Positions 1 through 8,393 of a DNA stretch of 33,979 bases are shown piece by piece. The notes under the pieces are model-generated. The model was not told the DNA's origin. It did no database searches and worked only from the letters and a program-made list of their open reading frames with translations. A program made the translations under genes and the position numbers. The stretch spans positions 1 to 33,979 of the IMG/VR virus record IMGVR_UViG_3300032292_000307. The stretch is one strand, 5' to 3'. The DNA comes from a virus. Its lineage: Duplodnaviria; Caudoviricetes. The stretch's first letter is position 1. Each line of letters begins with the position of its first letter.

Positions 1-981
1 CAACTTGGCAGCAACCGCGTCCTGGTCTGCGTACTTCCTGTTCGATCGACCTTCGACCATCTTGTAACCGGGCACGATTGTGTTGTGCTCTGTTGCCTGC
101 TTGAGTGCATACGCTTTTAAGTCGTTGAACCAATCGATAACCATGTCTGCTTTGGGTAGCAGCTCTGCGATCCGATCCATCGACAGCGACTCAGGCAGCG
201 GTGGCTGCGCGTCCTCAAGCGGACCGAACTCCTGTTGTGCAACAGCGATGGCTTGTGCTGCTCTCGCCGGGCATGTGTAGCGAGCCTTGCAAAAGCAGCT
301 GGTGCAGTGCTCGCCTGCAACGAACTCACCCTTGCCCACCCACGCCAGGTCCGCCAATGGCTTGACTGTATATATGGCCCACTCAAGCAGGTCATCGATG
401 TGTAGCTCCTCGCTACCAAAGTTGTGGAGCCTTGGTTGCAACACTGTCATGCGCACGCGGAAGATGTCGTACAGGTGGCTCAGCTCATTGAACGCGCCCA
501 GGCCATACAAACGCAGCTGACTGTTGTGGATCGGATCAACGTAGATGCCCTTGCCATACTTCAGGTCCATCACCTCAACGATGCCGTCGGCCACGATCAC
601 CAGGTCACCGGTGCCAAAACCTTCAGGCACCCAAATGCTGAAGTCCAATCGTTTCTCAACCATGATGACCGGGTCCTTGCACCCGTGTTTGATTTCACGA
701 ATGCGCTCCATCGCAAAGATAACTGCTTCTTCTACGTAGTCTTCTAGCTCTTGCGAGTAGAACGCGTCCTTCATCAGTGCCGCCCGCCTGGTCTTGTGTT
801 GCTTGGCGGTGATGCGCTCAAGGAAGTAGCTAATCTCCAACTCAAACAGCTGATGCGCAAACGAGCCTTCGCGTGCAAACTCGCTGCCCTCATCGGGGAA
901 CTGTGCTTCCAGGTTTGCACTGGGTGTGCACGTCATCCACTTCTCACTGCCGGATGCTGATAGCTTTGCATGTGCTGTCAT
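1..981 (-). CDS. DUF2800 family Cas4-like (PD-(D/E)xK) exonuclease, truncated by the window edge
   Basis: Not in the ORF track because it runs off the edge. Manual translation from ATG 981 gives MTAHAKLSASGSEKWMTCTPSANLEAQFPDEGSEFAREGSFAHQLFE, the typical DUF2800 N-terminus. Later motifs GFGTGD, IDLKYGKG and QLRLYGLGA. ATGA overlap with the upstream gene. Confidence 0.85.
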   Translation of the reverse strand, partial: MTAHAKLSASGSEKWMTCTPSANLEAQFPDEGSEFAREGSFAHQLFELEISYFLERITAKQHKTRRAALMKDAFYSQELEDYVEEAVIFAMERIREIKHGCKDPVIMVEKRLDFSIWVPEGFGTGDLVIVADGIVEVMDLKYGKGIYVDPIHNSQLRLYGLGAFNELSHLYDIFRVRMTVLQPRLHNFGSEELHIDDLLEWAIYTVKPLADLAWVGKGEFVAGEHCTSCFCKARYTCPARAAQAIAVAQQEFGPLEDAQPPLPESLSMDRIAELLPKADMVIDWFNDLKAYALKQATEHNTIVPGYKMVEGRSNRKYADQDAVAAKL

Positions 982-1175
982 GTTTGTTCTCTTGCATGCA
1001 GCATTTCGTCCGCGATTCCGTATGCGTATTTTGCAAGGTTCTCAGAACCAATCGTGTCGTTAGCGGGGTTTATTAGCATGGCATGAAGAGACATCAGCGC
1101 AAACTGATCACGCAAGGTAACGCCTTTATGCTCAACGCCATCGTAGTTGGTTGGAAAGTAGTTTGGATTTGCCAT
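978..1175 (-). CDS. Conserved small phage protein (GxTLRDxFA...AYxIADxML family)
   Basis: 65 aa with GVTLRDQFALMSLHAML...AKYAYGIADEMLHARE; AAGGA RBS upstream. Confidence 0.75.
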   Translation of the reverse strand: MANPNYFPTNYDGVEHKGVTLRDQFALMSLHAMLINPANDTIGSENLAKYAYGIADEMLHAREQT

Positions 1176-1185
1176 TTGATTTTCC

Positions 1186-1464
1186 TTATTTACCGTATCT
1201 CGGTGCGCATGTCACGTCGACCGGGACTGTTGACAAGAAGCCGTTGATGCGGCGACGGGCCGTGATCATCACAGGGCGAAGGCCGCTCTCTTCGCACTCC
1301 TTCACGCTGTTGATGACCTCGTTGCGTGTGAGCATGGTGATCTCTCGGTCGACGATCAGCTCAGTGTTTTGGTACGTGTTGTGACTGGCGATGTGCGCGG
1401 GCTGCGGTGCAGGCGTTGAGCACGCAGCCAGCGTGAGCACGGCCAGGAACGCTGCGACTCTCAT
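1186..1464 (-). CDS. Putative lipoprotein
   Basis: Start moved to ATG 1464 (ATGA overlap with 1461..1673). MRVAAFLAVLTLAAC is a signal peptide with an LAAC lipobox. Confidence 0.7.
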   Translation of the reverse strand: MRVAAFLAVLTLAACSTPAPQPAHIASHNTYQNTELIVDREITMLTRNEVINSVKECEESGLRPVMITARRRINGFLSTVPVDVTCAPRYGK

Positions 1465-1673
1465 ACAGGCGCACCGATGATGTTCGATGGGTCCATGCGG
1501 TTGTACCAAGCAATCGCGTCGTCAGACACTTGCTTTGCGTTTGCGCTGATGTAGCTTGCGATGATCAACGCAGGTGTTGGCACTTCGTCAAGTGCGTTGA
1601 TTGGATCGAGTGTGCCCTCAATAGTGAACTGATTGTCGGGCGCGTCTTTGATGATGATGGTTGCAATGGTCAT
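1461..1673 (-). CDS. Hypothetical protein
   Basis: 70 aa, translationally coupled to both neighbours. Confidence 0.65.
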   Translation of the reverse strand: MTIATIIIKDAPDNQFTIEGTLDPINALDEVPTPALIIASYISANAKQVSDDAIAWYNRMDPSNIIGAPV

Positions 1674-2017
1674 TAGAGTTTCTCCGCCTTGGCCATCAAA
1701 GCTGCGTAATCTTCGGACTTGACTTCGGTCAACTTCGTAGCACCAAACTCGGCAATCAATGCAGACACTTCAGTCTTCTTGCCTGCCTGGCTTATGTCGG
1801 TCAACCTGGCCCGCACGGTTTCCAAAGTTACCGGCTTCGGTTCTGCTGCCGGGGCAGATGCAACGGAGCTCTTCGCAGAAGAGACACGGGGTGTAGTCTT
1901 TGGCGGAGATGGTTGGTCTTGGAATTGAGCCTCTGTTGAAGCCGGGTAGTCTTGCAATAATTTCGTCACTGCTGCTATTTGTGCCTGCGTCTGCGGCACG
2001 ATTGTGATTGTGATCAT
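1673..2017 (-). CDS. Conserved phage protein usually found upstream of DUF2800 genes
   Basis: Pro/Ala-rich linker, then C-terminal domain VTLETVRARL...LIAEFGATKLTEVKSEDYAALMAKAEKL. Confidence 0.7.
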   Translation of the reverse strand: MITITIVPQTQAQIAAVTKLLQDYPASTEAQFQDQPSPPKTTPRVSSAKSSVASAPAAEPKPVTLETVRARLTDISQAGKKTEVSALIAEFGATKLTEVKSEDYAALMAKAEKL

Positions 2018-2020
2018 TTG

Positions 2021-2182
2021 TCATCTCTTCAAAAATTGGGGAATGGATACGGGTGCAAGGTCGCGGCCCGTGGGCTGCCAACCAAATCGTCGCCAGGTTG
2101 CTTGCACGTCTGTTTCCTTAGTCCATCTGAACTGAGGGTGTGACGCCGGTATCGTTGGTTCTGTGCGCTTAGCTCCTGCCAT
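2021..2182 (-). CDS. Small phage protein, 53 aa, first gene of the leftward operon
   Basis: Below the ORF-track cutoff. MAGAKRTEPTIPASHPQFRWTKETDVQATWRRFGWQPTGRDLAPVSIPQFLKR*, with AAGGAG RBS (plus-strand ctcctt at 2191-2196). Confidence 0.7.
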   Translation of the reverse strand: MAGAKRTEPTIPASHPQFRWTKETDVQATWRRFGWQPTGRDLAPVSIPQFLKR

Positions 2183-2209
2183 GCTGTTTTCTCCTTGTTG
2201 CTGGTTAGT

Positions 2210-2280
2210 GGGCGCGATGATAGCAGAACTTTCATGGGGCCTGTCAAGTTTATTTTGAAAGTAGTGCTAACATCGCGCCC
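2210..2280. promoter_or_regulatory. Divergent promoter/operator region formed by a long inverted repeat
   Basis: Arms 2210-2234 and 2256-2280 (25 bp, 3 mismatches). Each arm has an extended -10: TGcTATCAT leftward, TGcTAACAT rightward. TTGACA on the minus strand at 2242-2247. Confidence 0.7.
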
Positions 2281-2281
2281 C

Positions 2282-2494
2282 ATGAATACACGAGACATCA
2301 TTAGAAAACTTGGGGGCCCCGTTTACGTGGGCTGGTATCTGGGTATCAACTCCCAGGCTGTGAGCCACTGGTCGTCGAAGGACCGCATACCGGCTGCTCG
2401 CGTGCCTGAGCTGATGCTTTTATGCAACGAACTTGGTGTGAAAGTTACGCCAAGGCAGATGCGTCCTGACATCAATTGGCACGGTATGACATGA
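2282..2494 (+). CDS. Cro/YdaS-like HTH transcriptional regulator
   Basis: MNTRDIIRKLGGPVYVGWYLGINSQAVSHW...RIPAARV...QMRPDINW matches the Cro-like pattern. First gene of the rightward operon. Confidence 0.8.
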   Translation: MNTRDIIRKLGGPVYVGWYLGINSQAVSHWSSKDRIPAARVPELMLLCNELGVKVTPRQMRPDINWHGMT

Positions 2495-2688
2495 CACAAA
2501 CTCGTTATGACCTGGTGCTTTCCCTAGATGCCTTGCGCTCGATGATCGCAGGCGAGATACTGGAATTGCATATTGACGATGACCTGATCATCACACTGAA
2601 GTGCGATGACCCAACAATTGAAAGTTTTCGTGATCACATCAACAAAGCAATGCTGGCATTGTTGCCAACACCACCACTTGTAAATTAA
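2491..2688 (+). CDS. Hypothetical protein
   Basis: ATG 2491 overlaps the Cro-like stop (ATGA). Confidence 0.6.
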   Translation: MTQTRYDLVLSLDALRSMIAGEILELHIDDDLIITLKCDDPTIESFRDHINKAMLALLPTPPLVN

Positions 2689-2694
2689 ACCGAG

Positions 2695-2721
2695 CTGCGC
2701 GGATCGCAGTGTTTTATTTTT
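2695..2721 (+). terminator. Weak intrinsic terminator (tR1-like position)
   Basis: ctgcg-cggat-cgcag hairpin followed by tgttttattttt. Confidence 0.4.
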
Positions 2722-2730
2722 GGAGACAGT

Positions 2731-2913
2731 ATGAGCACTAGGCTTGATTATTTTGACGACCTTCTTCGAGATTGCTGGCAAGCAGTTAACGATGTAGGAA
2801 TACCTGAGATATATAAGGGCCAGGTAATGGCCGCGCTGATTCAGTCCGACAGCTTGAACGGTTTGCGCAAGGCGCTGCTGCAAGCTGAAGCTAATCGGAG
2901 GACTGCGCCATGA
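2731..2913 (+). CDS. Hypothetical protein
   Basis: 60 aa, GGAG RBS, ATGA coupling to the next gene. Confidence 0.65.
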   Translation: MSTRLDYFDDLLRDCWQAVNDVGIPEIYKGQVMAALIQSDSLNGLRKALLQAEANRRTAP

Positions 2914-3290
2914 CACAAGATGAAATCATTGAGATGTATCTGCAAGTCTCAAAAGAATTATGTAATGACACCGAATGGTGTTGGGCTGGTGTTGGCGAAC
3001 CTTTGCAGATGTTTGCCAAACTGGTAGCCGCCAAAGCCTTGGCACAGCCCAAGCAAGAGCCACGCAATGTTAGAGAGCGTTGGAATGTTGAGTTTGATGG
3101 AAATGATTTGCTGGTTTGTTTTAACGACCATGAAAAAGGTGATAAATGCCAATATGAACGCTATTCACCACAGCGCACATGGGTTGGGCTGACGGATGAT
3201 GAAATTGATACATGGAACATTGTTGGGCATGAAAGTTTGCGTGAATTTGTCCGAGCCATTGAAGCCAAACTGCGGGAGCTCAACACATGA
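2910..3290 (+). CDS. Hypothetical phage protein with WVGLTDDEI motif
   Basis: C-terminal RTWVGLTDDEI...FVRAIEAKLRELN, a recurrent small phage module; coupled to the primase gene. Confidence 0.7.
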   Translation: MTQDEIIEMYLQVSKELCNDTEWCWAGVGEPLQMFAKLVAAKALAQPKQEPRNVRERWNVEFDGNDLLVCFNDHEKGDKCQYERYSPQRTWVGLTDDEIDTWNIVGHESLREFVRAIEAKLRELNT

Positions 3291-5593
3291 CACGACCCAC
3301 AGTATTACCAGTGCAACCGCAGAACGTACCTCACGAACTGCGTGCTCTCAACAGGTGGGTGATGTGGCAGCTGGTGCAGCGCAAAGGTCGATGGACCAAG
3401 ATGCCTAAGACCGTCGACGGTGCAGCAGCAAGCAGCACTGACTCATCTACCTGGTCGACGTTCGACGACGTGTGCGACGCTCTCCTCATGGGCGACGGCT
3501 TCGACGGCATCGGTCTTGTGCTCGGCACTGACGTGCAAGGCATCGACCTGGACGACTGCCGCGACCCAGTGACGGGCGTGTTGACAGACTTGGCCAACGA
3601 AGTGCTTGAGCGCGTGCAAGGTTACGCAGAGGTGTCGCCCAGTGGCACCGGCATCAAGGTGTTTGCGAAGACCAACCTGGATGGATCAAGGACCAAGAAG
3701 GAAGTCGGTGTCGAGCTGTACAAGGACGGTCGTTACTTCACAGTGACAGGCCATCAGCTGAACGGGCACGAGGGCGTGAGTGACGAGGTGCAGGACCTGG
3801 GTTGGTTCGTTGAGCGAGTGTGGTCCGAACAGCTGAGTGCTGACGTCGACGCAGACGAACGAGCCTTGGCCAACTACAAGCCAGTGCTCGAAGACTGGGA
3901 CTTAGATCGTGTGATGACCAACGTGCTCCCACACTTGGACCCTGACGGCGGGTACGAAGAGTGGCTGAAGGTAGGGGCTGCTCTGCACCACCAGGGGGTT
4001 GGGTCGGAGGATTGGCTCGAAGCCTGGGACGCCTGGTCGAGTGGGTCGGGCAAGTGGGTCGAGGGCGTTTGTGCTGAGAAGTGGTCTACGTTCAGTGAGC
4101 AGCGAAACGTGGGCCGTGGTGCAGTGACCTTGGCCTCGCTGCTGAAGGCGACCAAGGAGAAGAGGGCGGCGGCGGTGCGCTCAGAGCGCGACCAGGTGAT
4201 GGCCGACCTGCTTGACCAGATCGACCAGGCATCGGACCCGCGCGACCTGCAAGAGAAGATCGCGGCCAAGGCTGCACACAACGGTGACCTGTCAGACGTT
4301 GAGCGTGCTCAGCTGGCGTCGGCTATCCAGCTGCGTGCCAAGTCTTTAGGTGTCAAGGTAGAGATCGCAACGGTCAGGGGCTGGCTTCGGCCAAGGGTAC
4401 GCGCGTCGTTCCCACACCTGAACGACGACGGTCACCCACTGTGCACACTTGAGAACTTCGGCGTTCTGCTTGAGCGCCTGGGTGTGACGATCAGGTACAA
4501 CGTGATCAAGAAAAACGCAGATGTGTTGGTGCCCGATGCTTCTTTCAGCAGAGACAACAAAGACAACTCAGCACTCGCATATATTTTGTCAGAGTGCGAG
4601 AAGGCACGTATGTCTACCAAGCACATCGTGCAATACATGCCCATGATCGCGGACATGAACCCGTACAACCCAGTGTCAACTTGGATCGAGAGCGAACCAT
4701 GGGATGGCGTAAGTCGTCTTGATTTGTTTTACGACACAGTGGATACGGGCGATCAAATGCCAGAGGAACTCAAGAGACTGCTTATGCGCAAGTGGTTGGT
4801 CCAGGCCGTGGCTGCTGCGTTTGAGCCCGATGGCATAGCAGCTCAGGGCATCCTGACATTCACCGGACCTCAGAACATTGGCAAGACGACATGGTTCAAG
4901 AGACTGGCACCCGAAGCACTGGACGTGATCCTGACCGGCCACACATTGGACGTGCGTTCAAAAGACTCATGCTTGATCGTTTTGAAGTATTGGCTTTGCG
5001 AGCTTGGCGAGATCGACGCGACATTCAAGAAGTCAGACATTTCTGCATTGAAGTCATTCACTACCCAGTCAGTCGACAACATTCGGCGGCCATACGCGAT
5101 GACCGAGTCGACGTATCCACGGCGCACGGTGTTTGGCGCAACGGTCAACGATGAGTGGTTCTTGGCCGATCCGACCGGGAACAGGCGGTTCTGGACGATA
5201 CCGGCTGTGAAGTTCAACTTAGAACTTTTTGATAACGAGCTGAACATGCAACAGCTGTGGGCTGAGGTGTTGGGATTTTGGAAAAACGGGGAGCGTTGGG
5301 ACTTGTCAATGGAAGAGACAGGGGTCCTGGGCGAGCACAATGAAGGGTTCACTGCGGTCGATCCGATTGATGAGCGGATAGGTGCGGCGTGGGCCTGGCG
5401 TGACGTTGTGGTTGATTGGGATTGGGTCACAGCGACCGATGTTCTGATGAAGATTGGTGTCAAGGACCCGAGTAAGTATCAAACGATCGCGGCATCGAGG
5501 GCTTTGAAAAAATTGAATGGAGGACAGCGGAAAAAGTCGAACGGCAGGGTGCTGTTTGCGATTCCGTCGGCAGCAAACGATTTTCTAGGGTAA
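3287..5593 (+). CDS. Primase-polymerase / PriCT-2 / VapE(VirE)-type ATPase replication protein
   Basis: AEP-like motifs GIDLDDC, EVSPSGTG, VELY...RYFTVTG. PriCT-2-like YEEWLKVGAALH. Walker A GPQNIGKT, Walker B ELGE, and FLADPTGNRRFW typical of VapE. Confidence 0.9.
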   Translation: MTRPTVLPVQPQNVPHELRALNRWVMWQLVQRKGRWTKMPKTVDGAAASSTDSSTWSTFDDVCDALLMGDGFDGIGLVLGTDVQGIDLDDCRDPVTGVLTDLANEVLERVQGYAEVSPSGTGIKVFAKTNLDGSRTKKEVGVELYKDGRYFTVTGHQLNGHEGVSDEVQDLGWFVERVWSEQLSADVDADERALANYKPVLEDWDLDRVMTNVLPHLDPDGGYEEWLKVGAALHHQGVGSEDWLEAWDAWSSGSGKWVEGVCAEKWSTFSEQRNVGRGAVTLASLLKATKEKRAAAVRSERDQVMADLLDQIDQASDPRDLQEKIAAKAAHNGDLSDVERAQLASAIQLRAKSLGVKVEIATVRGWLRPRVRASFPHLNDDGHPLCTLENFGVLLERLGVTIRYNVIKKNADVLVPDASFSRDNKDNSALAYILSECEKARMSTKHIVQYMPMIADMNPYNPVSTWIESEPWDGVSRLDLFYDTVDTGDQMPEELKRLLMRKWLVQAVAAAFEPDGIAAQGILTFTGPQNIGKTTWFKRLAPEALDVILTGHTLDVRSKDSCLIVLKYWLCELGEIDATFKKSDISALKSFTTQSVDNIRRPYAMTESTYPRRTVFGATVNDEWFLADPTGNRRFWTIPAVKFNLELFDNELNMQQLWAEVLGFWKNGERWDLSMEETGVLGEHNEGFTAVDPIDERIGAAWAWRDVVVDWDWVTATDVLMKIGVKDPSKYQTIAASRALKKLNGGQRKKSNGRVLFAIPSAANDFLG

Positions 5594-5797
5594 AGGGCAT
5601 TATGACTGGGGAGTATTGCCCTGGGTAATGCCCTTGCCTAAGTCCTTGATTCTCTTATTCTTTTCTTCTTTTAGGGTATTAGGGTAATAGAAATAGAAGT
5701 ATAAATAGGGGGGAGAGAATTAAATGAAGGATATAAAAAAAGGTTGCTATAGGGGTATAGGGTTTTTAAGTGCTAATGCCCTTTACCCTAATGCCCT
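5586..5797. other. Candidate replication origin (iterons, inverted repeat, IHF site, AT-rich core)
   Basis: Perfect 17 bp inverted repeat (5586-5602 / 5774-5790), several AGGGYA / TRCCCT units, IHF consensus at 5639-5651 (minus strand), purine/pyrimidine-skewed AT tract. Confidence 0.6.
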
Positions 5798-6059
5798 GGA
5801 GAAGACGATTGAAGGGTACCTGGTGAAGCGGGTGAAGGCGTTGGGAGGACAGGCACTGAAGTGGGTTTCACCTGGTATGAGCGGGGTGCCGGACAGGATT
5901 GTTTTTCTGCCAGGTGGTCGGATTATTTTGGTGGAAGTCAAAGCCCCTGGCAAAAAGTTGAGGCCGCTTCAGCTGTATGTGAAAGAACAGTTGGAGGCCC
6001 TGGGCGTGGATTTCAGGGTTGTTGATTCAAAGGAGGCAGTTAATGCTTTATTCTTCTAG
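5724..6059 (+). CDS. VRR-NUC domain nuclease (start uncertain)
   Basis: LEKTIEGYL...KWVSPGMSGVPDRIVFLPGGRIILVEVKAPG, a PD-(D/E)xK VRR-NUC signature. The conserved part starts near 5796. Confidence 0.85.
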   Translation: MKDIKKGCYRGIGFLSANALYPNALEKTIEGYLVKRVKALGGQALKWVSPGMSGVPDRIVFLPGGRIILVEVKAPGKKLRPLQLYVKEQLEALGVDFRVVDSKEAVNALFF

Positions 6060-7356
6060 GCCCGCACAAGCGATCACGCAAGAGCGGATGATGGAAAACC
6101 CTTACCAGCTGATCGCGTTGAGGATGGGTGGCGGCAAGACCGTGGCGACTTTGACGGTGGTCAAGGAATTGATGTTGGCCAAAACCCTGGTGGTGGCACC
6201 CAAGAGGGTGGCCGAAATGGTTTGGCACAGGGAGGCTGCCAAGTGGGACCACCTGGCCGACTTGCGTGTGGCCAAGGTCCTGGGCACCAAAGACCAGAGG
6301 ATGCGTGGGCTGATGCAGGATGCGGATGTGTACGTGATCAACCGAGAGAACTTTGTTTGGCTGGTCAAGCTGGTGGTCGAAAGCAAGCAGCCATGGCCGT
6401 TTGAGTGCGTGGTGATCGACGAGAACATTGGGTTCAAGGATCGGGGCAGCAAAAGCTGGCAGGCCCTGAAAAGCGTCAGGAAGGCCGTAGAGCGACTTTA
6501 TATTTTGACAGGTACCCCTGACCCTAACGGTGACCTGCTGGACCTCTGGCCGCAGATCAGCATGCTTGACGGGGGTAAACGGCTGGGCACAGGGATCACC
6601 AAGTACAAGGACAGGTGGTATTTGCCAGACAAGAGGAACGGCACAACGATCTACAGCTGGAAGCTGAAACCTGGGGCCAGGGCTGAGATACAGGGCTTGG
6701 TCAGGGATGTGATGGTGAGCATTGACAGCGACACACAGCTGCCGCCACGGATCGACAACGTGGTGCCGGTGCCGTTCAACCGAAAAAGGTATGACGAGAT
6801 GGAGGCCACCCAGATCAGCGGGCCGGTGGTTGCGGTCAACCCGGCAGTGCTGGCGGGCAAGCTGGCGCAGATGGCCAACGGTGCTGTGTATGACGACCAA
6901 AGGGTGGTGCACCCGATACACGAAGGCAAGCTGGATGCGCTGGCCGAGATCGTGGAACAGGGCGAGCCGGTCCTGTGCTTTATTTCGTATGTGCACGACT
7001 GGGACCGGATCAAAGAAAGATTTCCCCAGGCCGTCAAATTCACAGGAGATGATGTCCTGGACGATTGGCAGGCCGGACGCATCAAGCTGATGGTGATGCA
7101 CCCAGCAAGCGGCGGGCACGGCGTGGACGGGCTACAGGTGGGCGGCAACGTGGCTGTTTGGTTTGGTCTGCCATTCAGCTTGGACCTGTACGAGCAAGCC
7201 GTTGCCAGGATTCACCGGCCAGGACAGCAGAACCAGGTTGTGGTGCACCACCTGGTTGCGATCAACACGATTGATGAAAGAATCATGCAAGTGCTTGAAA
7301 CCAAGGGCGACATGCAGCAGGCTTTGATAGACGCAGTAAAGGAGGTCAGAGGATGA
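6043..7356 (+). CDS. SNF2-like superfamily 2 helicase
   Basis: ATG 6043 with AAGGAGG RBS. Motifs MGGGKT, VIDE, LTGTP, HPASGGHG and QAVARIHRPGQ. Confidence 0.9.
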   Translation: MLYSSRPAQAITQERMMENPYQLIALRMGGGKTVATLTVVKELMLAKTLVVAPKRVAEMVWHREAAKWDHLADLRVAKVLGTKDQRMRGLMQDADVYVINRENFVWLVKLVVESKQPWPFECVVIDENIGFKDRGSKSWQALKSVRKAVERLYILTGTPDPNGDLLDLWPQISMLDGGKRLGTGITKYKDRWYLPDKRNGTTIYSWKLKPGARAEIQGLVRDVMVSIDSDTQLPPRIDNVVPVPFNRKRYDEMEATQISGPVVAVNPAVLAGKLAQMANGAVYDDQRVVHPIHEGKLDALAEIVEQGEPVLCFISYVHDWDRIKERFPQAVKFTGDDVLDDWQAGRIKLMVMHPASGGHGVDGLQVGGNVAVWFGLPFSLDLYEQAVARIHRPGQQNQVVVHHLVAINTIDERIMQVLETKGDMQQALIDAVKEVRG

Positions 7357-7814
7357 CAAGCAAAGAGAAGATAACGAGTGCGCAAACCAGCAAAAACTTA
7401 GGGGAGACGCCGTCTTATGAGCTGGGCGACATTGACATCATCAGGGCTTGTGGGATGGCTGGGCAGAGCAACCCGTTGGGGCTGTCGATTTGGAGGTGGC
7501 GATATGCCGGTGACACGCGCGAGGTGTTTAAGGTCGCGGAGGGTTTGATAGCTAAGGGTTATGAGACCAGGGTGGTGTATGTGGTTTTGGATCACCTGGC
7601 CAACGACGTTTGCAAGGTATGCAAAGGTCGTGGTTATGGAATGATAGCGGGGGCCCCGGTATTGAACGGTGAGGTTTGCTTCGACTGCCGGGGCACCGGT
7701 CGACGACCTTTGGACGGTGAAAAAGAACAGGCCCTGATCGAAGTGATCATGGGCCTGGAGAGGGAGATCGCGGGCAGCATCATGCGCCGACTGGCGCAGG
7801 ACCTTGATCTCTGA
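7353..7814 (+). CDS. Putative Q-like late-gene antiterminator/activator with DnaJ-type Zn finger
   Basis: CKVCKGRG...CFDCRGTG zinc finger; last gene of the replication operon. Function inferred from motif and position. Confidence 0.65.
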   Translation: MTSKEKITSAQTSKNLGETPSYELGDIDIIRACGMAGQSNPLGLSIWRWRYAGDTREVFKVAEGLIAKGYETRVVYVVLDHLANDVCKVCKGRGYGMIAGAPVLNGEVCFDCRGTGRRPLDGEKEQALIEVIMGLEREIAGSIMRRLAQDLDL

Positions 7815-8199
7815 TGACCTGGTTGCAGTGGGGGCAGATGTCTCGGCCCTCACGCCTCTTGATCGCACGGTGAACAGCTGACTCATGCACGCCTACCTGT
7901 TTGGCGGCTGCATATACAGTTAAGCCCTCGTCCAATACCATGGCCAGGGCCTGCATGGTTTTGGACAAGGGCTGTGCTGCATTTCGTGGATCGTCTCCGC
8001 GCTTGGACCAGATAGCAAAGGCAGTGTCTGGCCAAGATTCAGGCTTAGCCGTGAAGGCAGAGCATGAGGGGTGACCGGCATTGTCCCAAGCTACCAGGTA
8101 GCGCATGTCGTCCCGATCGGACATGACGCGCAACTTGTGGCGCACGTTGTCTGACCATGGGATGTCGTAGATGAAATTATCAAAGTCGAGCAAGTTCAT
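7780..8199 (-). CDS. HTH protein with C-terminal CxxC motif
   Basis: Start reassigned to ATG 8199 (ATGA overlap). GLTVYAAAKQVGVHESAVHRAIKR is an HTH, followed by CPHC. Confidence 0.7.
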   Translation of the reverse strand: MNLLDFDNFIYDIPWSDNVRHKLRVMSDRDDMRYLVAWDNAGHPSCSAFTAKPESWPDTAFAIWSKRGDDPRNAAQPLSKTMQALAMVLDEGLTVYAAAKQVGVHESAVHRAIKRREGRDICPHCNQVIRDQGPAPVGA

Positions 8200-8393
8200 G
8201 CCAAGCCCTCCAACACTGCAACAGCGATGGCGCGCATCTGGTGCCGTGGCAGCGTGACCGAGTAGGCCACCTGCCGAGCGTCGGGGTTCTTGGCACCGAG
8301 CCACTGAGACTCGATCTTGAGGTGGTACTGGTCAAACTTTTGGGTTGGTGTGACCGTGACGTGCAGTTTGTAATCTTCGGATACGTCAATCAT
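8196..8393 (-). CDS. Hypothetical protein
   Basis: 65 aa, coupled on both sides, AAGGAG RBS. Confidence 0.65.
   Translation of the reverse strand: MIDVSEDYKLHVTVTPTQKFDQYHLKIESQWLGAKNPDARQVAYSVTLPRHQMRAIAVAVLEGLA

Noticed and set aside
6040-7119. Long antisense ORFs (also 16435..17340, 17374..18051, 26122..27075 and many others in the track)
   Set aside because: Shadow frames of well-supported genes on the opposite strand, with no RBS or motifs.
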